A stretch of DNA of 64,000 nucleotides, taken from Thermoleophilia bacterium. Its GTDB lineage: Bacteria; Actinomycetota; Thermoleophilia; BMS3ABIN01. The DNA is taken from the NCBI GenBank assembly GCA_014874175.1, contig JACWAD010000094.1, positions 3,158 to 67,157 of the forward strand, given 5' to 3'. The position numbers and the translations under genes were made by a program. Positions 18,614 to 28,000 of this stretch are shown piece after piece (the first letter of the stretch is position 1; every line of letters starts with the position of its first letter). The notes under the pieces are model-generated. The model was not told the DNA's origin. It made no database searches and worked only from the letters and a program-made list of their open reading frames with translations.

Positions 18614-18700
18614 GTGTCATCCTGAGCCGAGAGTGAATGATCTTGTTTGAGGCGGCTCAACGTCTTTCCTGGAGCGAAACAAGGGATGGCGTCTTTTCGT
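18614..18700. repeat. palindromic intergenic repeat, family copy B
   Basis: TGTCATCCTGAGCCGAGAGTGAATGATCTTG...GCGAAACAAGGGATGGCG aligns to both ends of copy C. Confidence 0.55.
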
Positions 18701-18726
18701 GAAAAACAGCATCAGGGAGAAGAAAG

Positions 18727-19755
18727 ATGAATTCCAATATTAACCTGGGAGAGCCGGCGCTTAGGTGCAAGTACGGCGAGAACGGCTACCAGACGCCGGC
18801 CGCCCTGTACAGCGGCGGCTCCGGTGACCCGCTCGCTCTGGACCGGTTTAGGGTAATTCAGGGGGCCGCCCCCAGCTACAACAACCTCTGCGACCTGGAC
18901 CGGCTGCTGCAGACGTCAACGCATATTGCCGCCGGTTTTGACGTAAACGGCGGCAGTGTGCCCTTGATCGCGGTCGCCTGCAAGCACGGCAACCCCTGCG
19001 GCGCCGCGGCCGGAAATGATCCTCTGCAGGCGACCCGGCTGGCGCTGGAAGGAGATCTGCGGGCCGTTTTTGGCGGCCTTGTCCTGCTCACCTTTCCTGT
19101 GGATGAGGAGGTTGCCGATATCATGATGACCCACAAGATGGACGGCGGCCGCCGCCTGCTGGACGGCATCATCGCGCCTGCATTCAGCGAGGGCGCCACG
19201 GAAATGCTCAGGCGCAAAGGCGACAAATGCCGGCTGCTTGTCAACGAAGCGCTGGGCCGGATGGACAGCGGCTCGCTGGACGGGGCGCAGCGAATCCGTT
19301 ACGTGCGGGGCGGCTTTCTAGCGCAGCCCAATTATACTTTTGTCCCCAATATTGACAAGGTGGAGCGTTTGGGAAGCGCCACTCCAGCCCAGCTTGATGA
19401 CATGATTCTGGCCTGGGCCATCGGATCCACCTCTAACAGCAACACCATGACCCTCGTGCGGGGCGGCATGCTGATCGGCAACGGGGTCGGCCAGCAGGAC
19501 CGCGTTGGCGGCTGCAAGCTGGCAGTAACAAGGGCATGGGACGCCGGCCACAGCACCGAGGGCGCGGTGGCCTACAGCGACAGCTTCTTCCCGTTTGCCG
19601 ACGGGCCCGCCGAGCTGGCCGCCGCCGGCGTGGTAGCGGTGCTAGCTACCAGCGGCTCTGTCAGAGACCAAGAAGTGAAAGATTATTGCCGCGAGCGCGG
19701 GTTGACCCTGTTCCTCTACCCTGATACGGAAGGGCGAGGGTTCTTCGGGCATTAA
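18727..19755 (+). CDS. purH: AICAR transformylase-domain protein (PurH AICARFT domain only, no IMP cyclohydrolase domain)
   Basis: 342 aa; LRCKYGENGYQ (LRYGENPHQ-like), KHGNPCGAA, C-terminal YSDSFFPFADG...SGSVRD motifs of the AICARFT domain. Confidence 0.7.
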   Translation: MNSNINLGEPALRCKYGENGYQTPAALYSGGSGDPLALDRFRVIQGAAPSYNNLCDLDRLLQTSTHIAAGFDVNGGSVPLIAVACKHGNPCGAAAGNDPLQATRLALEGDLRAVFGGLVLLTFPVDEEVADIMMTHKMDGGRRLLDGIIAPAFSEGATEMLRRKGDKCRLLVNEALGRMDSGSLDGAQRIRYVRGGFLAQPNYTFVPNIDKVERLGSATPAQLDDMILAWAIGSTSNSNTMTLVRGGMLIGNGVGQQDRVGGCKLAVTRAWDAGHSTEGAVAYSDSFFPFADGPAELAAAGVVAVLATSGSVRDQEVKDYCRERGLTLFLYPDTEGRGFFGH

Positions 19756-20105
19756 GTGCGGGGCGCAGCATGCCGCGCTCCTGCTGTGATTGCGTTCCCG
19801 CGTGGCGCGTCACCTCATTGTTGCGTCCTGCCCTTCTTATGGCCTCCTGTCCAAAAACAAACATGACACGTCCTGTTATATATAAGCAAATGAGATCAAG
19901 CTGCGTTGACATTTTATTGTAATTGCGTATAATAAATATCCTAAAGAATCCTAATAAACTTATATATGAAAATATGACATTGATGGTCATAATTTGGTCA
20001 CGGATGCCTTGTGGCATTGCCAATAAATCGGTTAAAGAGGAGGTTTATCGAAAAAGTAAAGCGCGGCAGGGGGGAGGAGACAGACTTCACAAGACAAGAA
20101 AGGGG

Positions 20106-21641
20106 ATGGGGAATTTGAATAAACAGTTAAGACTGACATGCCTTGTCATATTCGCAGTCAGCATTGTGGCCGGGCTGAGCGTGGTCGCCAGCAGCTCCGC
20201 GGCGCCGCCGCCGGGCGACCAGCAGTTCAGCGTAATTGCTGACGCCAGCAATTCCTATCTGAATACCACTCCGGGCGGCATTGTACCGGGCACCAACTAC
20301 ATGGACACGCCGACGCTGATGGCGCTGCTGGATGACAACGGCGACGGCGCGATCGGCCCCGGCGATGATCCTACCAACGACCCCCTCGTTATCGACGTGA
20401 GGGCTCAGAATGCCTATGAGGGGACTGCCGGCGGTATGGGCCTGGGGCACATCCCGGGTGCCATTCACATAACCACATACTCGTACAAGGACATTGTCAA
20501 GCCGGCCAACCTGTTATACATCAGACAGCAGCTGGCAAAGCACCAGAAAAAGGAGATCGTCCTCGCCTGCTACAGCGGTCACACTGACAAGCTGGCGGAG
20601 ATGGCCCTGGGCGCGGTGGCCCAGGCCGGGTACTTCGGCTTTCCCGCGCCCCAGATCACGGCGCTGAAGTGGGGCAACCTGGGATGGAACTCGGCAGGCG
20701 AGACCTCCGTGCTCGCGGAAGTAACGCCGGGTTCTTCAGACATCTATGTCCACACGTACGGCGTGGAAGCCACGCCGCATGCGCTGCTGCCCGTGCCGAA
20801 TCCGTATCCGGTAATCAACAACACCACCTCAACAGAGCCGGCGGAGATCACCAGGGTGGCCGGCGACCTGTCCGAGTATGCCACCAACCCGCCGTTCATC
20901 TGGCCTGGAACCGGCGCGGGCCAGGTCAATGACGCCAACATCGGCAATTACACCGTGCTGGATGTCAGGACTGCCGCCGAGTACGCCGCCGGGCACATCA
21001 CGGGCGCCGTCAACATCCCATACCAGCAGCTCTTTGCCAAGGATATGGGGGGCGACTACACCAACCTGCTGTCGATCGACACCAGCAAGCCTGTGATCGT
21101 TTACGCCAATGGCCAGCAGGAATCAAATGCTGCGGTTATTGGCCTCAACGCGCTGGGAATCCGCAACGCCGGCGCTCCCGACAAGGGACTAAGGTATGGA
21201 CTGGCGGCATGGAACTATAATTATGGAATGATGTTCCTGGCCCCCGAGGAGCATAGCTATCCAATAGTTACCGGCTCTGCTCCCGGCGGGCTGACGTACT
21301 CGGGGAGCTGCTCCGGCGGCAAGCCCAGCCTGAGCCTGGGCGCCCCCCATGCGTATTGGGCATCGCTTTCCGATTATAACGCCGGCCTGCTTTCGGTGGA
21401 CTGGACCAACAGCAACATCGGCGCCAGCATTGCCTACGACATCGACATCACCGGCAGCACCAACAACAACGGCGTGACGCTGTCAACAACGCTGCCGCTG
21501 ACGGTAGCGAACATTATGTCGCCGGGCGGCTCGGCTACCGCGACGCTGAAGTACAATATCCCGGTTGGCGTGACCTGGTTCCATACGACCATGACGGGCA
21601 GCACGACCGACGTTTGCGGCAACTCCTACACATTGCCTTAG
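20106..21641 (+). CDS. secreted tandem rhodanese-domain protein (one catalytic Cys domain, one inactive)
   Basis: ATG at 20106 followed by a signal peptide (MGNLNKQLRLTCLVIFAVSIVAGLSVVASSSA). Rhodanese domain 1 has the CYSGHT catalytic loop; domain 2 lacks Cys. Track ORF starts at 19923. Confidence 0.7.
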   Translation: MGNLNKQLRLTCLVIFAVSIVAGLSVVASSSAAPPPGDQQFSVIADASNSYLNTTPGGIVPGTNYMDTPTLMALLDDNGDGAIGPGDDPTNDPLVIDVRAQNAYEGTAGGMGLGHIPGAIHITTYSYKDIVKPANLLYIRQQLAKHQKKEIVLACYSGHTDKLAEMALGAVAQAGYFGFPAPQITALKWGNLGWNSAGETSVLAEVTPGSSDIYVHTYGVEATPHALLPVPNPYPVINNTTSTEPAEITRVAGDLSEYATNPPFIWPGTGAGQVNDANIGNYTVLDVRTAAEYAAGHITGAVNIPYQQLFAKDMGGDYTNLLSIDTSKPVIVYANGQQESNAAVIGLNALGIRNAGAPDKGLRYGLAAWNYNYGMMFLAPEEHSYPIVTGSAPGGLTYSGSCSGGKPSLSLGAPHAYWASLSDYNAGLLSVDWTNSNIGASIAYDIDITGSTNNNGVTLSTTLPLTVANIMSPGGSATATLKYNIPVGVTWFHTTMTGSTTDVCGNSYTLP

Positions 21642-21657
21642 CTGAGGAGAGATAAAA

Positions 21658-21828
21658 ATGGCAGAGGCAGTAAACATAATAAAGACAGGAGGAACCGCAA
21701 TGGACGTCAGGCTGAAAACGCGGGAGCCGTACACGAAGCCAAAGCTGGTCAAGCATGACAACCTGAAGGCGCTTACCTTCGAATGCTCTAACTGGTCGTG
21801 CAGCGTGACGGTTCCCCCGGCTCCGTAA
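21658..21828 (+). CDS. small Cys-containing peptide (56 aa), possible RiPP-like or sulfur-carrier peptide
   Basis: Strong SD GAGGAGAG 7 nt upstream of the ATG. Product MAEAVNIIKTGGTAMDVRLKTREPYTKPKLVKHDNLKALTFECSNWSCSVTVPPAP. Not in the supplied ORF track because it is under 60 aa. Confidence 0.4.
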   Translation: MAEAVNIIKTGGTAMDVRLKTREPYTKPKLVKHDNLKALTFECSNWSCSVTVPPAP

Positions 21829-21881
21829 AAGGGCAATAACCAGGCGAAGGGCGCAAAATGCGGCGCCCAACAACAAAGTAG

Positions 21882-21907
21882 GGGCGGCCCGGAAGGGCCG
21901 CCCCTAC
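21882..21907. terminator. GC-rich hairpin between convergent genes (terminator for the minus-strand DJ-1 gene; possibly bidirectional)
   Basis: GGGGCGGCCC-GGAA-GGGCCGCCCC is a perfect 10-bp stem. A U-rich tract follows on the minus-strand sense (TACTTTGTTGTT). Confidence 0.5.
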
Positions 21908-21972
21908 GCTTGAAGGGCGCCAAGCAGGCCGGGAATAAGAATCAAGTATTGTATACTCGCGTTTTTCCGGGC

Positions 21973-22551
21973 CTACGCCGCCCTTTGTGAGTTTTGAAGG
22001 CGCTTCCAATATGAGCTGAAAAGGTCCACCATCATGCTGTTAAAGACCGGCAGATCCAGGGGGTTGCGGCTGCTTACCCAGTTGCGGTCAACGACGCCGT
22101 CCCTGTCCAGCCAGCGGCCGCCGGCGTTGCGGATATCATCCTTGAGGGTGTAGTAGCTGGTCATCGTCCTGCCGCTGACGAGGCCGGCGGAGACCAGCAG
22201 CCAGGCGCCGTGGCAAATAACGGCAACAGGTTTTTCCTGCTCATCCATCCGGGTGACAAACACCCGCGCTTGCGGCTCCATCCTCAGCTTGTCGGCGTTG
22301 ATTACCCCGCCCGGCAGTATCATCGCATCGAAGTCGGCAGGGTCGGCTTCAGCCAGTGTCATGTCAACGTCGAAGGCGTTTGCCCTCCTGCCATGCTGAA
22401 ACCCTTGCACCTGCCCGGAATGAGGTGCAATCAGGAAAGTGACGGCGCCCTCGTTTCTGAGTGCTTCCCGGGGTTCGGTCATCTCGACCTGCTCGAAATC
22501 ATACGTCGCCAGAATGGCGATTTTCATTCCCTCCAGTTTATGCTCAGGCAT
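21973..22551 (-). CDS. DJ-1/PfpI family protein (class I glutamine amidotransferase-like)
   Basis: 192 aa; AICHGAW nucleophile-elbow motif; alternative start at 22527 (MKIAIL...). Confidence 0.85.
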   Translation of the reverse strand: MPEHKLEGMKIAILATYDFEQVEMTEPREALRNEGAVTFLIAPHSGQVQGFQHGRRANAFDVDMTLAEADPADFDAMILPGGVINADKLRMEPQARVFVTRMDEQEKPVAVICHGAWLLVSAGLVSGRTMTSYYTLKDDIRNAGGRWLDRDGVVDRNWVSSRNPLDLPVFNSMMVDLFSSYWKRLQNSQRAA

Positions 22552-22767
22552 CTTATCCTCCCTCTTTATATGCCATGCCCAACGGCGGCGATTTCAAACT
22601 CTTGTTGCTTATGGGACGGCTGCTGCCCCGTTCTTTTTATGCCAGGCAACCGGTTGACCTATGATCTGGGCGGCGAGGCTGGAAAAGGAAGTTCCCGGAT
22701 GAAGGCAAACGGGAAAAGAAACGAACAACCGGGCTTTTTTGTCTTAATAAGCCGGGCTGGGAAAAAC

Positions 22768-23940
22768 ATGCGCATACTGTCAATTAACAGCGGCTCATCA
22801 AGCCTGAAATACGCCCTTCACGATATGGAAAGAAGCGGCCGCGGGGCTGCCGTCGAGTCAGGCGGTTTGATGCGCATCGGCATGGCCGCCAGCCGTTTTT
22901 TGTGCCGCAACCATGGCGCCCAGTCATCATGGCAGCTGGCGCTGCCTGACCATGCCGCGGCTATGGAGGCACTGGTCCGGCACCTGCGCCGGGGTGACTT
23001 GATGTCAACAGTGGATTGCATTGGCCACCGCATCGTGCACGGCGGCTTGCTTTACCGGCAGCCGGAAATTGTCTCTCCTGGAATGATTGACAACCTGCGG
23101 GGGCTGGTCCGGCTGGCGCCCGAGCACTTGCCCGATGAGATTACGGCGGTTGAGTTTTTCGGCCGAGAGTTTCCTCACTTGACCCAGGTTGCCTGCTTTG
23201 ACACGTCTTTCCATTCGAACCTTCCCCGGCTGGCGCGCATTTTTCCTCTGCCGGCAGGGCTGGAGGACGGTGGTCTTGTCCGCTACGGATTTCACGGGCT
23301 TTCCTACGAATACATCATGTCTCGCCTGAAAGAGCTGGAGGAGGCACAGGGCCGCATTGTCATTGCCCATCTCGGCAACGGGGCCAGCATGGCGGCGGTA
23401 AGGGACGGCCGCAGCGTTGACACAACGATGGGGTTTACGCCCGCCGGCGGCCTGATGATGAGCACCCGCTCCGGCGACCTTGACCCCGGGGTTATTTTTT
23501 TCCTGCTCAGGGAAAAGAACCTCGACGCAGAAAGCGTGGCCAGGCTGATAAATGAACAATCCGGGCTTGCCGGAGTTTCCGGAAGATCGGGCGATATGGA
23601 AGAGCTGCTCAGCCAGGAGAAGGAAAGCGCCGCGGCTGTTGACGCGGTCAACCTGTTTTGCTACCTGGCGCGAAAATTCCTGGGCGCGCTGGCGTTTGCA
23701 CTGGGCGGGCTTGATACTGTCGTTTTTACCGGCGGCATAGGCGAAAAATCGCCAGCGGTGCGGGCCCGCATCTGCGCCGGGCTTGAGTTTGCCGGCCTGA
23801 AACTTGAAGAGGAGCGAAACCGTGATAACGCTGGCTTAATCTCGGCCGCCGGGTCAGCCGTCAGCGTCCGGGTGATGAAGGCTGGTGAGGAGCTGATGAT
23901 CGCTCGCCACGCCGCCCGGCTGATGCGTGAGAAGGAGTGA
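22768..23940 (+). CDS. ackA: acetate kinase
   Basis: MRILSINSGSSSLKY..., HRIVHGG, FDTSFH motifs. Track ORF starts upstream at 22210; the ATG at 22768 matches the AckA N-terminus. Confidence 0.9.
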   Translation: MRILSINSGSSSLKYALHDMERSGRGAAVESGGLMRIGMAASRFLCRNHGAQSSWQLALPDHAAAMEALVRHLRRGDLMSTVDCIGHRIVHGGLLYRQPEIVSPGMIDNLRGLVRLAPEHLPDEITAVEFFGREFPHLTQVACFDTSFHSNLPRLARIFPLPAGLEDGGLVRYGFHGLSYEYIMSRLKELEEAQGRIVIAHLGNGASMAAVRDGRSVDTTMGFTPAGGLMMSTRSGDLDPGVIFFLLREKNLDAESVARLINEQSGLAGVSGRSGDMEELLSQEKESAAAVDAVNLFCYLARKFLGALAFALGGLDTVVFTGGIGEKSPAVRARICAGLEFAGLKLEEERNRDNAGLISAAGSAVSVRVMKAGEELMIARHAARLMREKE

Positions 23941-23947
23941 ACGACCT

Positions 23948-26341
23948 ATGGCAAACGCCAAGAAAACTGCCGTCCGGGAAATGGCGCCGATGACGAAAGC
24001 GCGCATCGCCCAGATCCAGAAGTACTGGACTGCTGCCAACTTCCTGGGCGCCGCTCAGCTCTACCTGAAAGACAACCCCCTCCTTGACGAGCCGCTCAAG
24101 CCCGAGCACATCAAGCCGCGGCTGCTGGGCCACTGGGGCACACAGCCGGGGCTCAACTTTATTTACGCCCATCTTAACCGCCTGATCCAGGACACGGAAG
24201 CTTCCATCCTGCTGGTCGTCGGCCCCGGCCACGGAGCGCCGGCAATTCTCGCCAATTTTTATCTGGAGGGCACGCTGGGAATTCTGGAGCCGGAGTTGAC
24301 ATTTGATATCGATGGCCTGGGGAAGCTGATGCGCCGGTTTTCCTGGCCCTATGGCGCCCCCAGCCATCTGTATCCGGGAACGCCGGGCATGATCCAGGAA
24401 GGAGGCGAGCTTGGCTACTCGCTGGCGCACGCCTACGGCGCTGTCTTTGACAATCCCGGCCTGATCAGCGCCTGTATCGTGGGCGATGGCGAGGCGGAGA
24501 CGGGGCCGCTGGCAACAGCCTGGCATTCAAACAAGTACCTTGATCCCGCCGGCAGCGGCGCCGTTTTACCGATCCTGCACCTGAACGGCTACAAGCTGGG
24601 AGGGCCCAGCCTCATGGGCCGGATGACCGACGAAGAGCTTTTTGATCTTTTCCACGGTTATGGGTACGAGGTCAGCCTGGCCGGCGGCGATGATCCGGGA
24701 CAGATGCACAGGCTGATGTGGCAGGCGCTTGACTGGGCCTACGGCCGCATCCGGCACATCCAGGAAGTTTTCCGCTCCGGCGGCGGGTTGGAGCGGCCTT
24801 CCTGGCCGATGATCATCTTAAGGACGCCCAAGGGCTGGACGGGACCGAAAGAGATCGACGGCCTGAAGGTGGAAGGCAGCTTCCGCTCTCACCAGCTGCC
24901 CATCCCCGACCCGGCGGGCAATCCCGATCATCTGAGGGAGCTTGCCAGGTGGCTGAAAAGCTACCGGCCCGAGAGCCTTTTTGATGAGCAGGGCAGGCCG
25001 CTTGCCGCCACCACCGCCATCTGTCCCGGGGCGGATCTGAGGATGGGCATGAACAAGCACGCCAATGGCGGCGGCATGCTGGCGCCGCTGAAGCTGCCGC
25101 CCTGTGAGGATTACGCCGTCCAGGTCGGCGCCCCGGGCCATGTGCAGGCGGGAGCTACCCGGCAGCTGGCCAAGTGCCTGCGGGATGTCTTCCGCTTAAA
25201 CAGGGAGGCCGCCAATTTCCGCTTCTTCTGTCCTGACGAGATCACGTCCAACCGGATGCAGGCCATTTTCGAGGCCACCGAACGCGCTTTTGTCTGGCCG
25301 ATCGATGCCGCCGACGAGCACCTCGCTGCCGGCGGCCGCGTGATGGAGATATTAAGCGAGCATACCTGCCAGGGCTGGCTGGAGGGATACCTGCTTACAG
25401 GCAGGCACGGGCTCTTTGCCTGCTATGAGGCTTTCATACCGATTGTAGATTCGATGCTCAACCAGTACGCCAAGTGGCTGAAAGTGGCGCGAGAGATACC
25501 CTGGCGCCGGCCGCTGGCCTCTCTTAACTATCTGCTGACATCGCATGTATGGCGCCAGGACCATAACGGCTACACGCATCAGGTGCCCAGTTTTATCGAC
25601 AATGTTGTCAACAAGAAAAGTTCCGTCTCCAGGATCTACCTTCCTCCCGACGCTAACTGCGTGCTGGCCGTGACGGACCATTGCCTCCGCAGCCGCGACT
25701 ACGTAAACCTGATTATCGCCTCCAAGCACTCGGCGCCGCAGTGGCTGGGCATGGAAGCCGCCAGAGAGCATTGCAACCGTGGCGCATCCGAATGGCGCTG
25801 GGCCGGCCGGGGAGCCGGCGACCCGGACGTCATCCTCGCCTGCGCGGGCGACATTCCCACGGAAGAGACTCTGGCGGCCGCCTGGCTGCTGGCGCGCGAG
25901 ATTCCCGAGCTCCGCTACCGCGTTGTCAACATTGTTGACCTGTTTTCGATCATGTCCCACCGCGATCATCCACATGGGCTCGATGATGAGAGCTTCATAG
26001 GCCTATTTGGGGAAAACACGCCGGTGATCTTCGCCTTCCACGGCTATCCGCGCGCCGTCCATGAGCTCATCCACCACCGCCCCCAGCCGGGCCGGTTCCA
26101 TGTGCATGGCTATATCGAGGAAGGCTGCACGACCACGCCTTTTGACATGCTGGCGCTCAATAAAATGAGCCGCTACCACCTGGCTATTGATGCCGCCACC
26201 CGGGCTGAGCGGCTCAGCTCGCTGGCCGGGGATGTCGTCGACAATTTTCAGAGCCGCCTGCGGGCGCATGACTCGTACATCAGGGAGAACGACCAGGACC
26301 TGCCGGAAGTTCGCCGCTGGAAGTGGAGCCGGCTGGCTTGA
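23948..26341 (+). CDS. xfp: xylulose-5-phosphate/fructose-6-phosphate phosphoketolase
   Basis: ~800 aa; N-terminus ...YWTAANFLGAAQLYLKDNPLL...GHWGTQPGLNFIYAHLNR... is characteristic of XFP (a TPP enzyme). Confidence 0.9.
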   Translation: MANAKKTAVREMAPMTKARIAQIQKYWTAANFLGAAQLYLKDNPLLDEPLKPEHIKPRLLGHWGTQPGLNFIYAHLNRLIQDTEASILLVVGPGHGAPAILANFYLEGTLGILEPELTFDIDGLGKLMRRFSWPYGAPSHLYPGTPGMIQEGGELGYSLAHAYGAVFDNPGLISACIVGDGEAETGPLATAWHSNKYLDPAGSGAVLPILHLNGYKLGGPSLMGRMTDEELFDLFHGYGYEVSLAGGDDPGQMHRLMWQALDWAYGRIRHIQEVFRSGGGLERPSWPMIILRTPKGWTGPKEIDGLKVEGSFRSHQLPIPDPAGNPDHLRELARWLKSYRPESLFDEQGRPLAATTAICPGADLRMGMNKHANGGGMLAPLKLPPCEDYAVQVGAPGHVQAGATRQLAKCLRDVFRLNREAANFRFFCPDEITSNRMQAIFEATERAFVWPIDAADEHLAAGGRVMEILSEHTCQGWLEGYLLTGRHGLFACYEAFIPIVDSMLNQYAKWLKVAREIPWRRPLASLNYLLTSHVWRQDHNGYTHQVPSFIDNVVNKKSSVSRIYLPPDANCVLAVTDHCLRSRDYVNLIIASKHSAPQWLGMEAAREHCNRGASEWRWAGRGAGDPDVILACAGDIPTEETLAAAWLLAREIPELRYRVVNIVDLFSIMSHRDHPHGLDDESFIGLFGENTPVIFAFHGYPRAVHELIHHRPQPGRFHVHGYIEEGCTTTPFDMLALNKMSRYHLAIDAATRAERLSSLAGDVVDNFQSRLRAHDSYIRENDQDLPEVRRWKWSRLA

Positions 26342-26578
26342 TCGGCGCGCCCGCGCTTTGGCAGTGTTACGATTCCTGCAACAGCCGTCCTGCCGCCATG
26401 ACATCGCGCCGCCAGCCGGGCGCGGCAAGGCGCGATTTCCTGTATTATGGGGCAGGTTTTTCAGGAGCAGAAAATAATTTTACTAAAAATTTACCTTCCT
26501 GGGTCAGAATGGAGGACTATAGGTGGTTTAAAGGGATAGATTATCGGAAGAAATGAGCGTGAACTACCATAAAACAAA

Positions 26579-27628
26579 ATGATGTCAGCCCCGGACTTTA
26601 AAAAAGCACTGGCCCGCATCAACAGCTTCAAGAAAGAGAAGTTGAAGGGAAGGCTGTTGATGATTCTTGTTGCCACTTACTTTTTGTTAATCAGCAGTTT
26701 TATGATATTTAACGGAATGTGGTTCTCGCCGGACCAGTTCATCATTGCCGGCCTGGTCCTCGCCCTGTTTGTCGCCCAGCCGCTGGCGTTTCTGCGCGAC
26801 TGGATTCCTTTCGTTTTCCTCTTTCTAAGCTACGAATACCTGCGCGGCCTGGCGCCAAAACTGGGGATGAGCGTGCATATTTTTCCAATGATTCACGTGG
26901 ACCAGTTTCTGGCGCGCGGGGTGCTGACGGCCAATCTCCAGAAAATTCTTTACACACCAGGCAGTCTCCACATTTACGATTATTTCTTTTCCATCCTCTA
27001 TATGCTGCATTTTGTCTCGCTGCTCGTTTTTGCCTTTTTCCTCTGGATTAAAAAAAGGCACGTTTACAAGCGATTTGTCGTGACCACAATCGCCCTTGCC
27101 TACGCGGGTTTTCTCACTTACGTGCTTTACCCGGCGATGCCGCCCTGGATGGCTTCTAGTAAAGGTTTTATTCCCCCTGTCGCCAACGTCGTCAGCGACA
27201 CTTTTAATTCTTTTGTAAAGACGGTGCATTTTCCCAGCCTTTACCAATTCATGGATCCAAATCCGGTTGCCGCCATGCCTTCACTCCATGCTGCTTTTCC
27301 GATGCTGGTCTACCTGTTTATGGTTGACATCTTTGGGAAAAGAGCTAGGCCTTTCATCATTTACCCGGTCCTGGTCTGGATTGCCATCATTTATACCGGC
27401 AATCATTATATCATAGATACTATTGTTGGTATATTATATGCTTATGTGGCCTTCTACGCGGTGAAGTTTTTCTATAACAGAAAAGAAGGAAAAGAACTGG
27501 CCGGGCAGGAGGGACCCGGATTGCCACGGGGCGCTCTTCCGGCCTGGGAGGCGGAAGGGTTCAGCCTGGCTGCCGGCGAACTGCCGTCAAGCGATGCCGG
27601 CGCCTCTGGTGGCGAGGCCCGGAATTGA
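26579..27628 (+). CDS. PAP2-superfamily membrane protein (phosphatidic acid phosphatase type 2/AUR1-like)
   Basis: 349 aa polytopic membrane protein; PSLH and NHYxxD motifs. Codon usage and GC are visibly lower than in neighbours; low-complexity GC-rich C-terminal tail. Confidence 0.7.
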   Translation: MMSAPDFKKALARINSFKKEKLKGRLLMILVATYFLLISSFMIFNGMWFSPDQFIIAGLVLALFVAQPLAFLRDWIPFVFLFLSYEYLRGLAPKLGMSVHIFPMIHVDQFLARGVLTANLQKILYTPGSLHIYDYFFSILYMLHFVSLLVFAFFLWIKKRHVYKRFVVTTIALAYAGFLTYVLYPAMPPWMASSKGFIPPVANVVSDTFNSFVKTVHFPSLYQFMDPNPVAAMPSLHAAFPMLVYLFMVDIFGKRARPFIIYPVLVWIAIIYTGNHYIIDTIVGILYAYVAFYAVKFFYNRKEGKELAGQEGPGLPRGALPAWEAEGFSLAAGELPSSDAGASGGEARN

Positions 27629-27682
27629 ACCGGGGACGCCAGGATTTTCAGTCCTGCGCTCTACCAACTGAGCTACCTCGCC
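27607..27682 (-). tRNA. tRNA-Phe (anticodon GAA), CCA encoded
   Basis: Minus-strand sequence GGCGAGGTAGCTCAGTTGGTAGAGCGCAGGACTGAAAATCCTGGCGTCCCCGGTTCAATTCCGGGCCTCGCCACCA folds as a cloverleaf (7-bp acceptor, GCTC/GAGC D-stem, anticodon loop CTGAAAA, TΨC loop TTCAATT). Confidence 0.9.
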
Positions 27683-28000
27683 GGCTAAGGCCCAAGGAAT
27701 AACCTTTGGGGCGGGCTTGTTTTCGGCGCTGCTTGCTGAGAAAAAGGCCCTGCAATCCCGCGCAGGCGCATTTTAGCGGGTTGCCACCGCAAGTGCAATT
27801 AAGCCTCCCTGACAGGACTACCGAGCCTATGCCTGGCAAGGGGGCGGCTGACAGCGCGACAAATGCTTCCCGGCTCTTGCTGGGGCGTCGGCGTGTTGAT
27901 ATTATCGGGTTCCGGCTGTTTTTTTCGCACCTTTTCTCCTGACAATATCTGAAGATGGCTGATAATCCCCAGCAACCCCAGCACGGAAGCGGGGCTGACA

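Noticed and set aside
21658-21828. Lasso-peptide precursor interpretation of the small peptide (Y-x2-P-x-L…T-x leader motif)
   Set aside because: The putative core would start with Glu and has no Asp/Glu at positions 7-9 for isopeptide formation. No lasso cyclase or B-protein is nearby. Kept only as a generic 'small Cys peptide'.
26342-27700. Genomic island integrated at tRNA-Phe
   Set aside because: Only one compositionally odd gene (PAP2). No integrase, no repeat of the tRNA 3' end and no phage or transposon genes were seen. Downgraded to a composition anomaly (reported as a finding).
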